10,920 nt of DNA from a virus (IMGVR_UViG_2526164651_000001), one strand, 5' to 3'; shown: positions 1 through 6,735, numbered from the stretch's first letter. Program-made: numbers and translations. Notes: a model not told the origin generated them from the sequence alone.

Positions 1-101
1 GATGGACTGACCTGATCCAACCACTGCAAAAACCAGTAGCCGGCACTGCCGGCGGCGGTGCCGTAGGCAATGCCCGTTGAAATTTTGTCCATGGATTTCA
101 T
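1..101 (-). CDS. Phage-21 S-type holin (pinholin class), 5' portion only; gene continues past window start
   Basis: Minus-strand translation from ATG at 101..99 gives [33 protein letters not shown]..., matching the dual-start (Met1/Met4) N-terminus of phage 21 S holin as I recall it. GGAGGTGAGG Shine-Dalgarno lies just upstream (plus 104..113). Shorter than the ORF-track cutoff, so found by hand. Confidence 0.7.
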   Translation of the reverse strand, partial: MKSMDKISTGIAYGTAAGSAGYWFLQWLDQVSP

Positions 102-393
102 AGCCTCACCTCCGCAAATAACGGATGGCGTAGTTTTACACTGAGAAATGAAAGGGATTTGAAAAGAAAAAAACGCAAAAGCGGGCGAAACGATATATAC
201 AGTAAGGAAAGCACTCTATCCAACAAACCACCCACAGTTAATCGGAATAAAAGCAGAGTGCTTATGAATGATCGCACGCCCGAAGGTTAGTATTTCTGCA
301 CAGCAATTTTGCAAAAAAAGGCGATCATTCATAACTTAAACGTCTTTCAGTCACTCCGGGATTTCCCATCATCGCAGACTGAAAGACTCTGAC

Positions 394-468
<75 letters not shown>

Positions 469-471
469 ATA

Positions 472-547
<76 letters not shown>

Positions 548-549
548 GC

Positions 550-626
550 TGGCCCACCACCGAGGACTCGAACCTCGCACCGTCAACTTAGAAGGTTGAT
601 GCTCTATCCGGATGAGCTAGTGGTGG
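550..626 (-). tRNA. tRNA-Arg (anticodon UCU, decodes AGA)
   Basis: Reverse complement CCACCACTAGCTCATCCGGATAGAGCATCAACCTTCTAAGTTGACGGTGCGAGGTTCGAGTCCTCGGTGGTGGGCCA: perfect 7-bp acceptor stem (C1-G72), D-stem GCTC/GAGC with A20, anticodon stem TCAAC/GTTGA, loop CTTCTAA, T-stem CGAGG/CCTCG, encoded CCA. Does not match host argU as I recall it. Confidence 0.75.
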
Positions 627-627
627 T

Positions 628-704
628 TGGTGGCCCTTGCTGGACTTGAACCAGCGACCTGGCGATTATGAGTCGCTCGCTCTGACCAACTGAGCTAAAG
701 GGCC
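628..704 (-). tRNA. tRNA-Ile2-like (anticodon CAU, probably lysidine-modified, decodes AUA); elongator Met not excluded
   Basis: Reverse complement GGCCCTTTAGCTCAGTTGGTCAGAGCGAGCGACTCATAATCGCCAGGTCGCTGGTTCAAGTCCAGCAAGGGCCACCA: perfect acceptor stem with C4-G69 and C5-G68 (TilS determinants in E. coli tRNA-Ile2), anticodon loop CTCATAA, T-arm GCTGG/TTCAAGT/CCAGC as in ileX. Roughly 90% similar to host ileX by eye. Confidence 0.8.
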
Positions 705-713
705 GGAGGCAGA

Positions 714-742
714 ATAATAACCATATGTCATCACATCTGCAA
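714..742 (-). promoter_or_regulatory. Candidate sigma70 promoter for the tRNA array
   Basis: On the minus strand: TTGCAG (plus 742..737), 17-nt spacer, TATTAT (plus 719..714), then 9 nt to the mature 5' end of the first tRNA at 704. Pattern only. Confidence 0.3.
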
Positions 743-792
743 ACTCATCTGACCACCAGCGCGTTTAACGCCCTGTGCCATTTTTCAGGCAC

Positions 793-820
793 AAAAAAAC
801 CCGCATAAAGCGGGTTCTTT
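793..820 (-). terminator. Rho-independent terminator (bidirectional hairpin, stronger on minus strand)
   Basis: AAAAAAACCCGC-ATAAA-GCGGGTTCTTT. Read on the minus strand the GC stem is followed by a 7-U tract. It lies 93 nt downstream of the minus-strand ORF ending at 913. Confidence 0.5.
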
Positions 821-912
821 CAAGTGTCCATGTCTGCTATTCGCCTCGCGATACAGCTTTGCGGAGCTTACCGGAATTGAAGCAGTTTATGTGCAAAAAT
901 GCAAGAACTTTT

Positions 913-1422
913 TTAAAGCTGCATCAACCTTTCCACCAGTTTATCTCTGCGAACAACAAACCAACCATTGGCTCTCGCCAGTTCCAGCCATGACTCAAGG
1001 GAAATAACAATATCATCATCCCGTAACTGAATTGTGGAAACAGTGACACCGCCTCTCTGATAACAGAGAACTCGCGTGTCGTAACTTTTCTGGCATGAAA
1101 CTGGCGTTGACGGATCCTTTTGACTGAAATAGCAGTCTTCCAGTTTTTCGAACACATCCCACGCCTGATCGGTTTCGAGCATTTTGGCGTGGCGTGCTGC
1201 GCCTCGTTCTGTCCAGAGGATGAGGGAGCGGGCTTTGGGTGAAACTGGATTTTGTGAGTAGTTTAAAGCGACCCGCAATTCTTTAAGGTCATTACCAACA
1301 ACTTTGAAAAAGTGTTTCCCTTCAACGAAGCGTACTTTGTTCTCATGATGATTCTGGCGAATACGCACCGGCTCAGTGCCGTAAAGCTGCGCCAAAAGTT
1401 CGGTGGTAATAACAGGAATCTG
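913..1422 (-). pseudogene. Prophage late-region gene of unassigned family, distal (C-terminal) part; split by IS600
   Basis: ORF 913..1395 (160 aa in the track; its first codon is TTG). The same frame stays open through 1396..1422 up to the IS600 end. Joined to 2686..2736 across the insertion it reconstitutes a ~186-aa protein MTTQISVETLSPITHNQIPVITTELLAQLYGTEPVRIRQNHH... No family recognised. Confidence 0.55.
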
Positions 1423-1464
1423 TGAGGTGTACTGGCAATAGCGGACACTACCATTTGTTCTTTT

Positions 1465-2283
1465 TTAAGCAGCCATCTGATGATATTTTTCCCTGAAGGC
1501 TGCCAGGGAGATATTCCCCAGACGAGAGTGACGACGCTGACGATTGTAGAAAATCTCAATGTATTCCCGTATTACTGAGATGGCTTCATCCCGGTTATTA
1601 AAACGATAGTGGCTCAGGCTCTCATTTTTCAGCGTTCCCCAGAAGCTTTCCATCGGAGCGTTGTCGTAACAGTTACCTTTACGCGACATTGATGTTTTCA
1701 GACCAAACTGCTCCTGTATGACCCGGTAATCGTATGCGCAGTACTGTGAACCTCGATCAGAGTGGTGGATTAGCCCGGCAGGTGGGCGCTGGCTCCTGAG
1801 CGCCATAAACAGGGCTTTACCTGTCAGCTCTTTTGTCATGCGCTCTCCCATGGCGTAGCCGACAATTTCGCACGTATAAACATCTTTGATGCCAGCGAGG
1901 TACAACCATCCCTCCTGTGTGGCAACATACGTCAGGTCCGCCACCCAGACCTGATTTGGTGCTGTAGGAGCGAACGTCTGGTTCAGCAGATTTGGCGCAA
2001 CTGGCAGATTGTGGTTCGGGTTCGTAGTCGCTCTGAACTTGCGTTTCTGCTTACAGCGTAGCCTTAGCTCCTTACAAAGACGTGCCAGTCGGTCACGACC
2101 AACGATGATGCCATTCTCTGCCAGCTCCGTCTGGAGCCGCCGGGTTCCATATGTTTCGCGAGTGCGGATATGTGCCACCTTAATCTCCAGTTTTAGCCGC
2201 TCATCACTTTGTTTTCTGTCTGAGGGTTCATGCTGTACCCAGTTGTAATAACCGCTCCTGGATACACCAAATACCTGACACAT
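1465..2283 (-). CDS. IS600 transposase OrfB (DDE catalytic domain); made as an OrfAB fusion by -1 frameshift
   Basis: 272-aa ORF with IS3-family DDE motifs (WVADLTY ... HHSDRGSQY ... [11 protein letters not shown]). Its frame is open upstream to the A7 slippery run (plus 2364..2370, minus AAAAAAA within ILKKA of OrfA) and is -1 relative to OrfA. Confidence 0.85.
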   Translation of the reverse strand: MCQVFGVSRSGYYNWVQHEPSDRKQSDERLKLEIKVAHIRTRETYGTRRLQTELAENGIIVGRDRLARLCKELRLRCKQKRKFRATTNPNHNLPVAPNLLNQTFAPTAPNQVWVADLTYVATQEGWLYLAGIKDVYTCEIVGYAMGERMTKELTGKALFMALRSQRPPAGLIHHSDRGSQYCAYDYRVIQEQFGLKTSMSRKGNCYDNAPMESFWGTLKNESLSHYRFNNRDEAISVIREYIEIFYNRQRRHSRLGNISLAAFREKYHQMAA

Positions 2284-2318
2284 CGCTTCAATGGGAAATT
2301 GTTGTCGCCATTGTTCGA

Positions 2319-2621
2319 TTAACGCGTATTTTTCAGCGACTCCTGTGCAAAATACGCTGTTGCTTTTTTTAATATATCTCGCTCAAGGCGAGCTTCATTT
2401 AACGCCTTACGCAGTTGCAGAATTTCAGATTCCAGTTCAGCCACCGTGCGGGAACCAGGAGTACCGAGCCCTTTTCTGGCGGCGGTAACCCATTGTCCTA
2501 AAGTGCCTTCAGGAAGAGATAATCGGGAAGCGCCTTCACTGATCGAAAGTTGATTTTCAAGAACCGTTCTGACAGCTTCGGCTTTGAACTCTTTAGAGTA
2601 ACGTTGGGTTTTTCTGCTCAT
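2319..2621 (-). CDS. IS600 OrfA (helix-turn-helix / leucine-zipper transposase N-terminal protein)
   Basis: 100-aa ORF MSRKTQRYSKEFKAEAV...; ends just past the A7 frameshift site; typical IS3-family orfA/orfB arrangement. Confidence 0.85.
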   Translation of the reverse strand: MSRKTQRYSKEFKAEAVRTVLENQLSISEGASRLSLPEGTLGQWVTAARKGLGTPGSRTVAELESEILQLRKALNEARLERDILKKATAYFAQESLKNTR

Positions 2622-2685
2622 TATTAGCTCCTTCTGATGCCATTCTATTTCAGGAAGGAGTGTCCGTTAAACTCAGGCTACCTCA

Positions 2686-2736
2686 CTGGTTATGGGTGAT
2701 CGGGGAGAGAGTTTCAACAGAGATTTGAGTGGTCAT
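2686..2736 (-). pseudogene. Proximal (N-terminal) 17 codons of the IS600-split late gene
   Basis: ATG at 2736..2734 preceded by GGAG with an 8-nt spacer. Codons MTTQISVETLSPITHNQ run in frame into the CTG target duplication and resume at 1422. The longer track ORF 2683..2868 is this frame over-extended upstream and terminated by a stop inside the IS end. Confidence 0.5.
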
Positions 2737-2900
2737 AACGATAACTCCGTACATTTGGAAATTATCGCCACCGACGACGCCAATCGAACTGGTGGCGAAC
2801 TGTGCAGGGTTGGCGTAACCGGGTACGGAAACCGGCGAGCCTTTCGGCTCCCCCACACAGCCCGCCATAAATCGCGAATGTGACTGTGCAAACGATATGA

Positions 2901-2920
2901 AAAAAGACGCGGGCGCGTCT
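2901..2920 (-). terminator. Candidate tR'-like intrinsic terminator
   Basis: Minus strand: hairpin AGACGCG-CC-CGCGTCT (plus 2905..2920) followed by a U5 tract (plus A-run 2901..2905). About 75 nt downstream of the candidate promoter. Confidence 0.4.
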
Positions 2921-2982
2921 CATATCGCTCCGTAAACATCCGGGACGCCAATCCCGACGCCAGATTTTGCTGGCGCGTGAGG

Positions 2983-3012
2983 AATATAGCCCCGGATAAC
3001 AGATTGAGTCAA
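2983..3012 (-). promoter_or_regulatory. Candidate late promoter (pR'-like) immediately downstream of the Q-like gene
   Basis: Minus strand: TTGACT (plus 3012..3007, overlapping the Q-like stop codon), 18-nt spacer, TATATT (plus 2988..2983). Position and short-transcript/terminator layout resemble lambdoid Q-pR'-tR' modules. Motif-based only. Confidence 0.4.
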
Positions 3013-3563
3013 CAAACGGTTTTTAGATCCCCGGAAGAGAATGCATCACGCATCGGTAGATAGAGCATATATTCAGCAAGATTTAGCCATACATCTACCC
3101 GACTGCAGCACGTCCGGAAACACCACTCAGGGTGTGCGTCATTCAGCAATTCAGCCATTTTACGCTTAGTCATCCCCCGCCCTTCATACCGTTGCCGGAG
3201 GACACTAATCAATCCAGGATGCTCTGCCAGCACCTCACTTATGACTCTATCAATACATAACGCCTCTGCATCAGTACAATGCGCCAGCCAGGTCTTTTGC
3301 TTGCCATTGATCATCTCTCGCAAAAACGCTTCCAGCTCAGGTTTCTCTATTCCCGCTTTTTTCATCCTGCGCAGGGCTTCATTGACGGCTGTTTTCGTCA
3401 ATTTTTTGGATGCCAGCAACTGGTTAAACATATTTCCCGCCTTACCGCCGCCAATATACGACCAGCGCCCCCACATGCGCAGTTTTCCCTGAATCCAGAC
3501 ACTTTCCAGCGTGGTGAGACGAAGGTGTTCCCCGCTTTTGCCTGTATTTGTTGGGTAAATCAT
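3009..3563 (-). CDS. Putative late-gene antiterminator Q-like protein (phage-82/QuuD-type family suspected)
   Basis: Preferred start is ATG at 3563, which has an AAGGAAGG Shine-Dalgarno and overlaps the upstream stop as ATGA. Product ~184 aa, MIYPTNTGKSGEHLRLTTLESVWIQGKLRMWGRWSY..., with a W-G-x-W motif reminiscent of QuuD. Sits directly upstream of the candidate promoter/terminator pair. The track ORF (224 aa) over-extends upstream. Confidence 0.5.
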   Translation of the reverse strand: MIYPTNTGKSGEHLRLTTLESVWIQGKLRMWGRWSYIGGGKAGNMFNQLLASKKLTKTAVNEALRRMKKAGIEKPELEAFLREMINGKQKTWLAHCTDAEALCIDRVISEVLAEHPGLISVLRQRYEGRGMTKRKMAELLNDAHPEWCFRTCCSRVDVWLNLAEYMLYLPMRDAFSSGDLKTVC

Positions 3564-3850
3564 AAATAACCTTCCTTTCTCCAGATTTCTTGTGTGCGAA
3601 AAACACCTTCTGCATGCATCAGGCGTAATTCTTCTTTGGTGTAATCGCTGGTTTTTACCCGCCCGTCGATTAAATCGTGGCATGAGCTACAGGCAATCGC
3701 TGCCTGCATATCGTGTGGTTTTGTCGCTGTTCCGCACGTCCCCGCCAGCCTGTAATGCGCCAGCACAGAAGTTTCGGGATTGTGATTGCAGTAGCCAGGG
3801 ATTCTGACGGTGCACATCTGCCCCCGCGCCGCTTTACGTAAATCCACCAT
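3560..3850 (-). CDS. YbcO-like prophage protein (DUF1364, Cys-rich putative nuclease)
   Basis: 96-aa ORF MVDLRKAARGQMCTVRIPGYCNHNPETSVLAHYRLAGTCGTATKPHDMQAAIACSSCHD...; closely resembles DLP12 YbcO from memory. Start overlaps the upstream stop (TAATG). Confidence 0.75.
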   Translation of the reverse strand: MVDLRKAARGQMCTVRIPGYCNHNPETSVLAHYRLAGTCGTATKPHDMQAAIACSSCHDLIDGRVKTSDYTKEELRLMHAEGVFRTQEIWRKEGYL

Positions 3851-4449
3851 TACGCAAACTCCAGTAACTGCGCGGCCACATTTTCGACTTCCTCCGGAGA
3901 GGAAAATTTACGGAACAGGATCCAGTTCCACAGCACATTCAGTACAGATTTATAAACCTGCTGAAACTCGGTTTCGTCCATGTTCGCAAATGCGATAGAT
4001 TTTGCCCTGCGCCCACGACTACCATCAGGATAAATATGCTCGGTGTAAAATCCGGCCTGAATGGTTACCCACTCGCGGAAAGCGTCAAACGACTTTAGCA
4101 ATGCCGTATCCCGGGTTCTGCATGTCGCAACTGTATTAAGGTATTGCTCTGCGGCATCACTCAGGGCTGGAGTGTGTTCCCGACCTACTGATTCGCACAG
4201 GTAATCAACGAAGCCTGATACCAGTTTTCGTTCGCGAGGCGTGATCGCCCCACCGACCGGAGTCCAGTAATCAAATCCCAGTTGCAGGAGTTTGAAAAAA
4301 CGCTTGTGGAATGCGTAGTTACGCACACGCTTAAAGTCTGCGTGTATCCACTCACCTATTTTGATTTGATGCAAAAAATCGCAACTCTCCGGCGTCGCCG
4401 GGAGAAGTAATCCGGAAGAGGTTTGTTTGACCAGTTGTATATGCGCCAT
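3850..4449 (-). CDS. YdfU-like lambdoid prophage protein (DUF1367 suspected)
   Basis: 199-aa ORF MAHIQLVKQTSSGLLLPATPESCDF... with GGAG Shine-Dalgarno 7 nt upstream; first gene of a tightly coupled three-gene block with the YbcO-like and Q-like genes. Family assignment from memory. Confidence 0.65.
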   Translation of the reverse strand: MAHIQLVKQTSSGLLLPATPESCDFLHQIKIGEWIHADFKRVRNYAFHKRFFKLLQLGFDYWTPVGGAITPRERKLVSGFVDYLCESVGREHTPALSDAAEQYLNTVATCRTRDTALLKSFDAFREWVTIQAGFYTEHIYPDGSRGRRAKSIAFANMDETEFQQVYKSVLNVLWNWILFRKFSSPEEVENVAAQLLEFA

Positions 4450-4582
4450 CGTAGTTCTCCGCTGGCGCAGTAGAATGGGTGTTCAGCCCGTTATGTAGTA
4501 TACCAGAATTAATGCCAATACTAACAGGGTAATGCTGCCAACTTACTGATTTAGTGTATGATGGTGATTTTAAGGTGCTTGC

Positions 4583-4858
4583 GTGGCTTCCATTTCCATC
4601 AGATGTCCTTCCTGCTCCGCTACTGAAGGCGTGGTGCGTAACGGCAAAAGCACTGCCGGGCATCAGCGCTATCTCTGCTCTCATTGCCGTAAAACATGGC
4701 AACTACAGTTCACTTACACCGCCTCTCAGCCCGGTACGCACCAGAAAATCATTGATATGGCCATGAATGGCGTCGGATGTCGCGCCAGTGCACGCATTAT
4801 GGGCGTTGGCCTCAACACGGTTTTACGTCACTTAAAAAACTCAGGCCGCAGTCGGTAA
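4583..4858 (+). CDS. insA: IS1 InsA
   Basis: 91-aa [42 protein letters not shown]..., the canonical IS1 InsA sequence. Confidence 0.9.
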   Translation: MASISIRCPSCSATEGVVRNGKSTAGHQRYLCSHCRKTWQLQFTYTASQPGTHQKIIDMAMNGVGCRASARIMGVGLNTVLRHLKNSGRSR

Positions 4859-5280
4859 CCTCGCGCATACAACCGGGCAGTGATGTGATTGTCTGCGCTG
4901 AAATGGACGAACATTGGGGCTACGTCGGTGCTAAATCACGTCAGCGCTGGCTGTTTTACGCGTATGACAGGATACGGAGGACGGTTGTGGCGCACGTCTT
5001 CGGTGAACGCACTCTGGCCACACTGGAGCGTCTTCTGAGCCTGCTGTCGGCCTTTGAGGTCGTGGTATGGATGACGGATGGCTGTCCGCTGTATGAATCA
5101 CGCCTGAAGGGAAAGCTGCACGTTATCAGCAAGCGTTACACTCAGCGCATTGAGCGACATAATCTGAATCTGAGACAACATCTGGCAAGGCTGGGACGGA
5201 AGTCACTGTCGTTCTCAAAATCGGTGGAGCTGCATGACAAGGTCATCGGGCATTATCTGAACATAAAACACTATCAGTAA
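4777..5280 (+). CDS. insB: IS1 InsB reading frame (expressed as InsAB' transposase by -1 frameshift at the A6C motif)
   Basis: 167-aa ORF in the -1 frame relative to insA; canonical IS1 insB sequence ending ...HYLNIKHYQ. Confidence 0.85.
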   Translation: MSRQCTHYGRWPQHGFTSLKKLRPQSVTSRIQPGSDVIVCAEMDEHWGYVGAKSRQRWLFYAYDRIRRTVVAHVFGERTLATLERLLSLLSAFEVVVWMTDGCPLYESRLKGKLHVISKRYTQRIERHNLNLRQHLARLGRKSLSFSKSVELHDKVIGHYLNIKHYQ

Positions 5281-5489
5281 GTTGGAGTCATTACCCGCAA
5301 TTCATCCAGCAGTTTATCATTTCCCATAATGTCACTTACCCTCATCGGTAAAAAAATTGCCTTTCGACCATTACGATACATTATTGATTTTGGGGTTTCA
5401 GGGAAGTAATCCATTTCGACTATAACTGACAGGTCATCACGACGTATGACTGCGTATTTGCTACTAAATAGTTTCTTTATTTTTTCCAC
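5274..5489 (-). pseudogene. Hypothetical small protein gene whose 3' end runs into IS1
   Basis: Best start is GTG at 5489 preceded by GGAGG (4-nt spacer), giving (M)EKIKKLFSSKYAVIRRDDLSVIVEMDYFPETPKSIMYRNGRKAIFLPMRVSDIMGNDKLLDEL... The last ~7 codons and the stop are IS1 sequence. Occupies the position of rem in the K-12 Qin layout, but sequence identity is unverified. Confidence 0.3.
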
Positions 5490-5673
5490 GATGCCTCCAG
5501 GTTTATAAGTACAAACGGTTATATCCACATAGAGACAAAAATATTAATCTGAAAAACATTTATTTCACGCCGTATATTTGATTGTTTAATGTGCAAGTAC
5601 AATGACTTTTATTTTTGTTGTGTATATAATCAAATATATGGTTATTTTTCACCCTGCGTATTCAGCACGCAAC

Positions 5674-5696
5674 AAAAAACCCGCCGAAGCGGGTTT
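5674..5696 (-). terminator. Rho-independent terminator downstream of hok
   Basis: AAACCCGC-CGAA-GCGGGTTT. On the minus strand the stem is followed by a U6 tract (plus A-run 5674..5679). About 70 nt downstream of the hok stop. Confidence 0.5.
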
Positions 5697-5763
5697 AGTG
5701 CGGGTGCGTTGAGGATGCCTGACACATGAGAGGTGGCGAGGGATTTCTCCCCCGCCTGGTCTC

Positions 5764-5919
5764 TTACTCCTCAGGTTCGTAAGCTGTGAAGACAGCGACC
5801 TCCGTCTGGCCGGTTCGGATTCGTACCTCGCAGAGGTCTTTCCTCGTTACCAGTGCCGTCACTATGACGGTTAAACAGATGACGATCAGGGCGATTAACA
5901 TCGCCTTTTGCTGCTTCAT
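5764..5919 (-). CDS. hok: Hok/Gef-family type I toxin (HokD/RelF-like), 51 aa
   Basis: MKQQKAMLIALIVICLTVIVTALVTRKDLCEVRIRTGQTEVAVFTAYEPEE. ATG at 5919 preceded by AAGGAG with a 9-nt spacer. The track ORF (70 aa) starts at an upstream in-frame ATG that lacks a ribosome-binding site. Confidence 0.85.
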   Translation of the reverse strand: MKQQKAMLIALIVICLTVIVTALVTRKDLCEVRIRTGQTEVAVFTAYEPEE

Positions 5920-6256
5920 AGCCTGCTTCTCCTTGCCTTTCGGCACGTAAGAGGCTAACCTACATTTGTGAGACATAGATTGGGCCTCAGATTAATGTTA
6001 AGCGTCTTGCAGGACGCGTAATGTTAACTGGGGCTTTTCTCTGTCTGCCTTACAGTGGCATGCCCGAGGCAGACAGCCTCAAGCACCCGCAGCAATCTTA
6101 CCGATACCGATAAGAAAACGCTATTTTTTATTGCCAGCACCTTCTATCCAGGCTAATTTATCTGCGTCAGAACGGCGCAATGCGCTCGCCTGAGATACGT
6201 TTACTTGCCATGGTAACAACAGGTAACGGCAATTGCTGTTTCTGTTTTGTTTCCTT

Positions 6257-6288
6257 CAAAAACCCCGGACCATCAATCCGGGGTTTTT
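6257..6288. terminator. Bidirectional intrinsic terminator
   Basis: AAAAA-CCCCGGA-CCATCAA-TCCGGGG-TTTTT: 7-bp GC stem with an A-run on one side and a T-run on the other. On the minus strand it begins 5 nt after the stop of the 27-aa ORF. Confidence 0.5.
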
Positions 6289-6293
6289 GTTTG

Positions 6294-6377
6294 TTAACCC
6301 CAACGGCAAATCGAATACACCACCATCGCCATCGCCATCGCAATTCCTACCGTGGTGAATGCCTCAGGCCAGGTCAT
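6294..6377 (-). CDS. 27-aa hydrophobic mini-protein (candidate membrane peptide)
   Basis: ATG at 6377 preceded by AGGAGGTG (5-nt spacer). MTWPEAFTTVGIAMAMAMVVYSICRWG, stop at 6296..6294, then the terminator. Start overlaps the upstream mini-ORF stop as ATGA. Below the ORF-track size cutoff; found by manual translation. Confidence 0.4.
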   Translation of the reverse strand: MTWPEAFTTVGIAMAMAMVVYSICRWG

Positions 6378-6463
6378 TGATTCACCTCCTGCGGTGGTTC
6401 CGGTAGCGGCATCCAGTGAGTTGAGCTCTCTACTTCAACGCCGTCTTTGTCCACAAAAGCCAT
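6374..6463 (-). CDS. 29-aa acidic mini-ORF, translationally coupled to the 27-aa ORF
   Basis: ATG at 6463 with a weak GGGA-type Shine-Dalgarno. MAFVDKDGVEVESSTHWMPLPEPPQEVNQ. Its TGA stop overlaps the downstream ATG. Confidence 0.3.
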   Translation of the reverse strand: MAFVDKDGVEVESSTHWMPLPEPPQEVNQ

Positions 6464-6579
6464 CTTATTCCCGCCACGAGTGGGGCAAAAAACCTTATCC
6501 CAGGAACCGGGGAATACATTCCCGAGATCATCGAGAAGAATCACATCGCAATATTCAGCAGGAACTGCATCACTACAGC

Positions 6580-6735
6580 TTATCCAGCTAGAGTTACCGG
6601 AGAGTTGCCAGCCTTACGCATGGCCATTTCCACGATTTCAACCATATCTCCTGGTGGAATTTTACAAAGTTGCCCAATACATTTCTGCTGCCTGGCATAT
6701 TCGAGAATGTGCTCCAATTTGGTTCGATTAATCAT
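6580..6735 (-). CDS. 51-aa hypothetical protein, last gene of the HNH operon
   Basis: ATG at 6735 overlaps the stop of the 221-aa gene (TAATG); GGGAG Shine-Dalgarno 7 nt upstream. MINRTKLEHILEYARQQKCIGQLCKIPPGDMVEIVEMAMRKAGNSPVTLAG. Not in the ORF track because of size. Confidence 0.45.
   Translation of the reverse strand: MINRTKLEHILEYARQQKCIGQLCKIPPGDMVEIVEMAMRKAGNSPVTLAG

Larger units (their letters stand above)
1423..2685 (-). mobile_element. IS600 (IS3 family), copy 1, 1263 bp
   Basis: Termini TGAGGTGTACTGG... and ...CTCAGGCTACCTCA (imperfect inverted repeats, TG...CA). 3-bp target duplication CTG at 1420..1422 and 2686..2688. Encodes the 100-aa OrfA and 272-aa OrfB pair. About 99% identical to copy 2 and 1 bp shorter in a poly-T run near 1461. 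Confidence 0.85.
4528..5295 (+). mobile_element. IS1, copy 1, 768 bp, apparently intact but without a target-site duplication
   Basis: Ends GGTAATGCTGCCAACTTACTGATT... and ...GTTGGAGTCATTACC. Flanking 9-mers differ (left TACTAACAG at 4519..4527, right CGCAATTCA at 5296..5304). A6C frameshift motif at 4834..4840. Confidence 0.9.

Noticed and set aside
1263-1559. 98-aa minus-strand ORF spanning the IS600 boundary
   Set aside because: Chimeric frame crossing the IS600 terminus, out of frame with both OrfB and the split late gene.
2009-2488. Plus-strand ORFs 2009..2248 and 2291..2488 (and their copies 9158..9397 and 9440..9637)
   Set aside because: Antisense to the IS600 transposase genes and repeated identically in both copies; no independent support.
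3564-3683. Upstream 40 codons of the Q-like track ORF
   Set aside because: Overlaps the YbcO-like C-terminus in another frame; the ATG at 3563 has a Shine-Dalgarno and ATGA coupling.
3241-3998. Plus-strand ORFs antisense to the Q-like, YbcO-like and YdfU-like genes
   Set aside because: Antisense shadows of well-supported minus-strand genes.
4352-4702. 116-aa minus-strand ORF (and the IS1 portion of 7764..8138)
   Set aside because: Mostly antisense to the IS1 left end and insA; the same artefact recurs at both IS1 copies. Only the flank part of 7764..8138 was kept.
5920-5976. N-terminal extension of hok (MSHKCRLASYVPKGKEKQA)
   Set aside because: In frame with hok but lacks a ribosome-binding site, whereas the internal ATG at 5919 has AAGGAG; Hok family proteins are ~50 aa.
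6323-6340. (CCATCG)3 hexanucleotide repeat as a possible CRISPR or VNTR
   Set aside because: Only three units and no spacers; it falls inside the 27-aa mini-ORF and encodes AMAMAM.
6180-6731. Three overlapping plus-strand ORFs (66, 79 and 94 aa)
   Set aside because: Opposite strand to every supported gene here, no ribosome-binding sites, and they overlap the better-supported minus-strand mini-ORFs.
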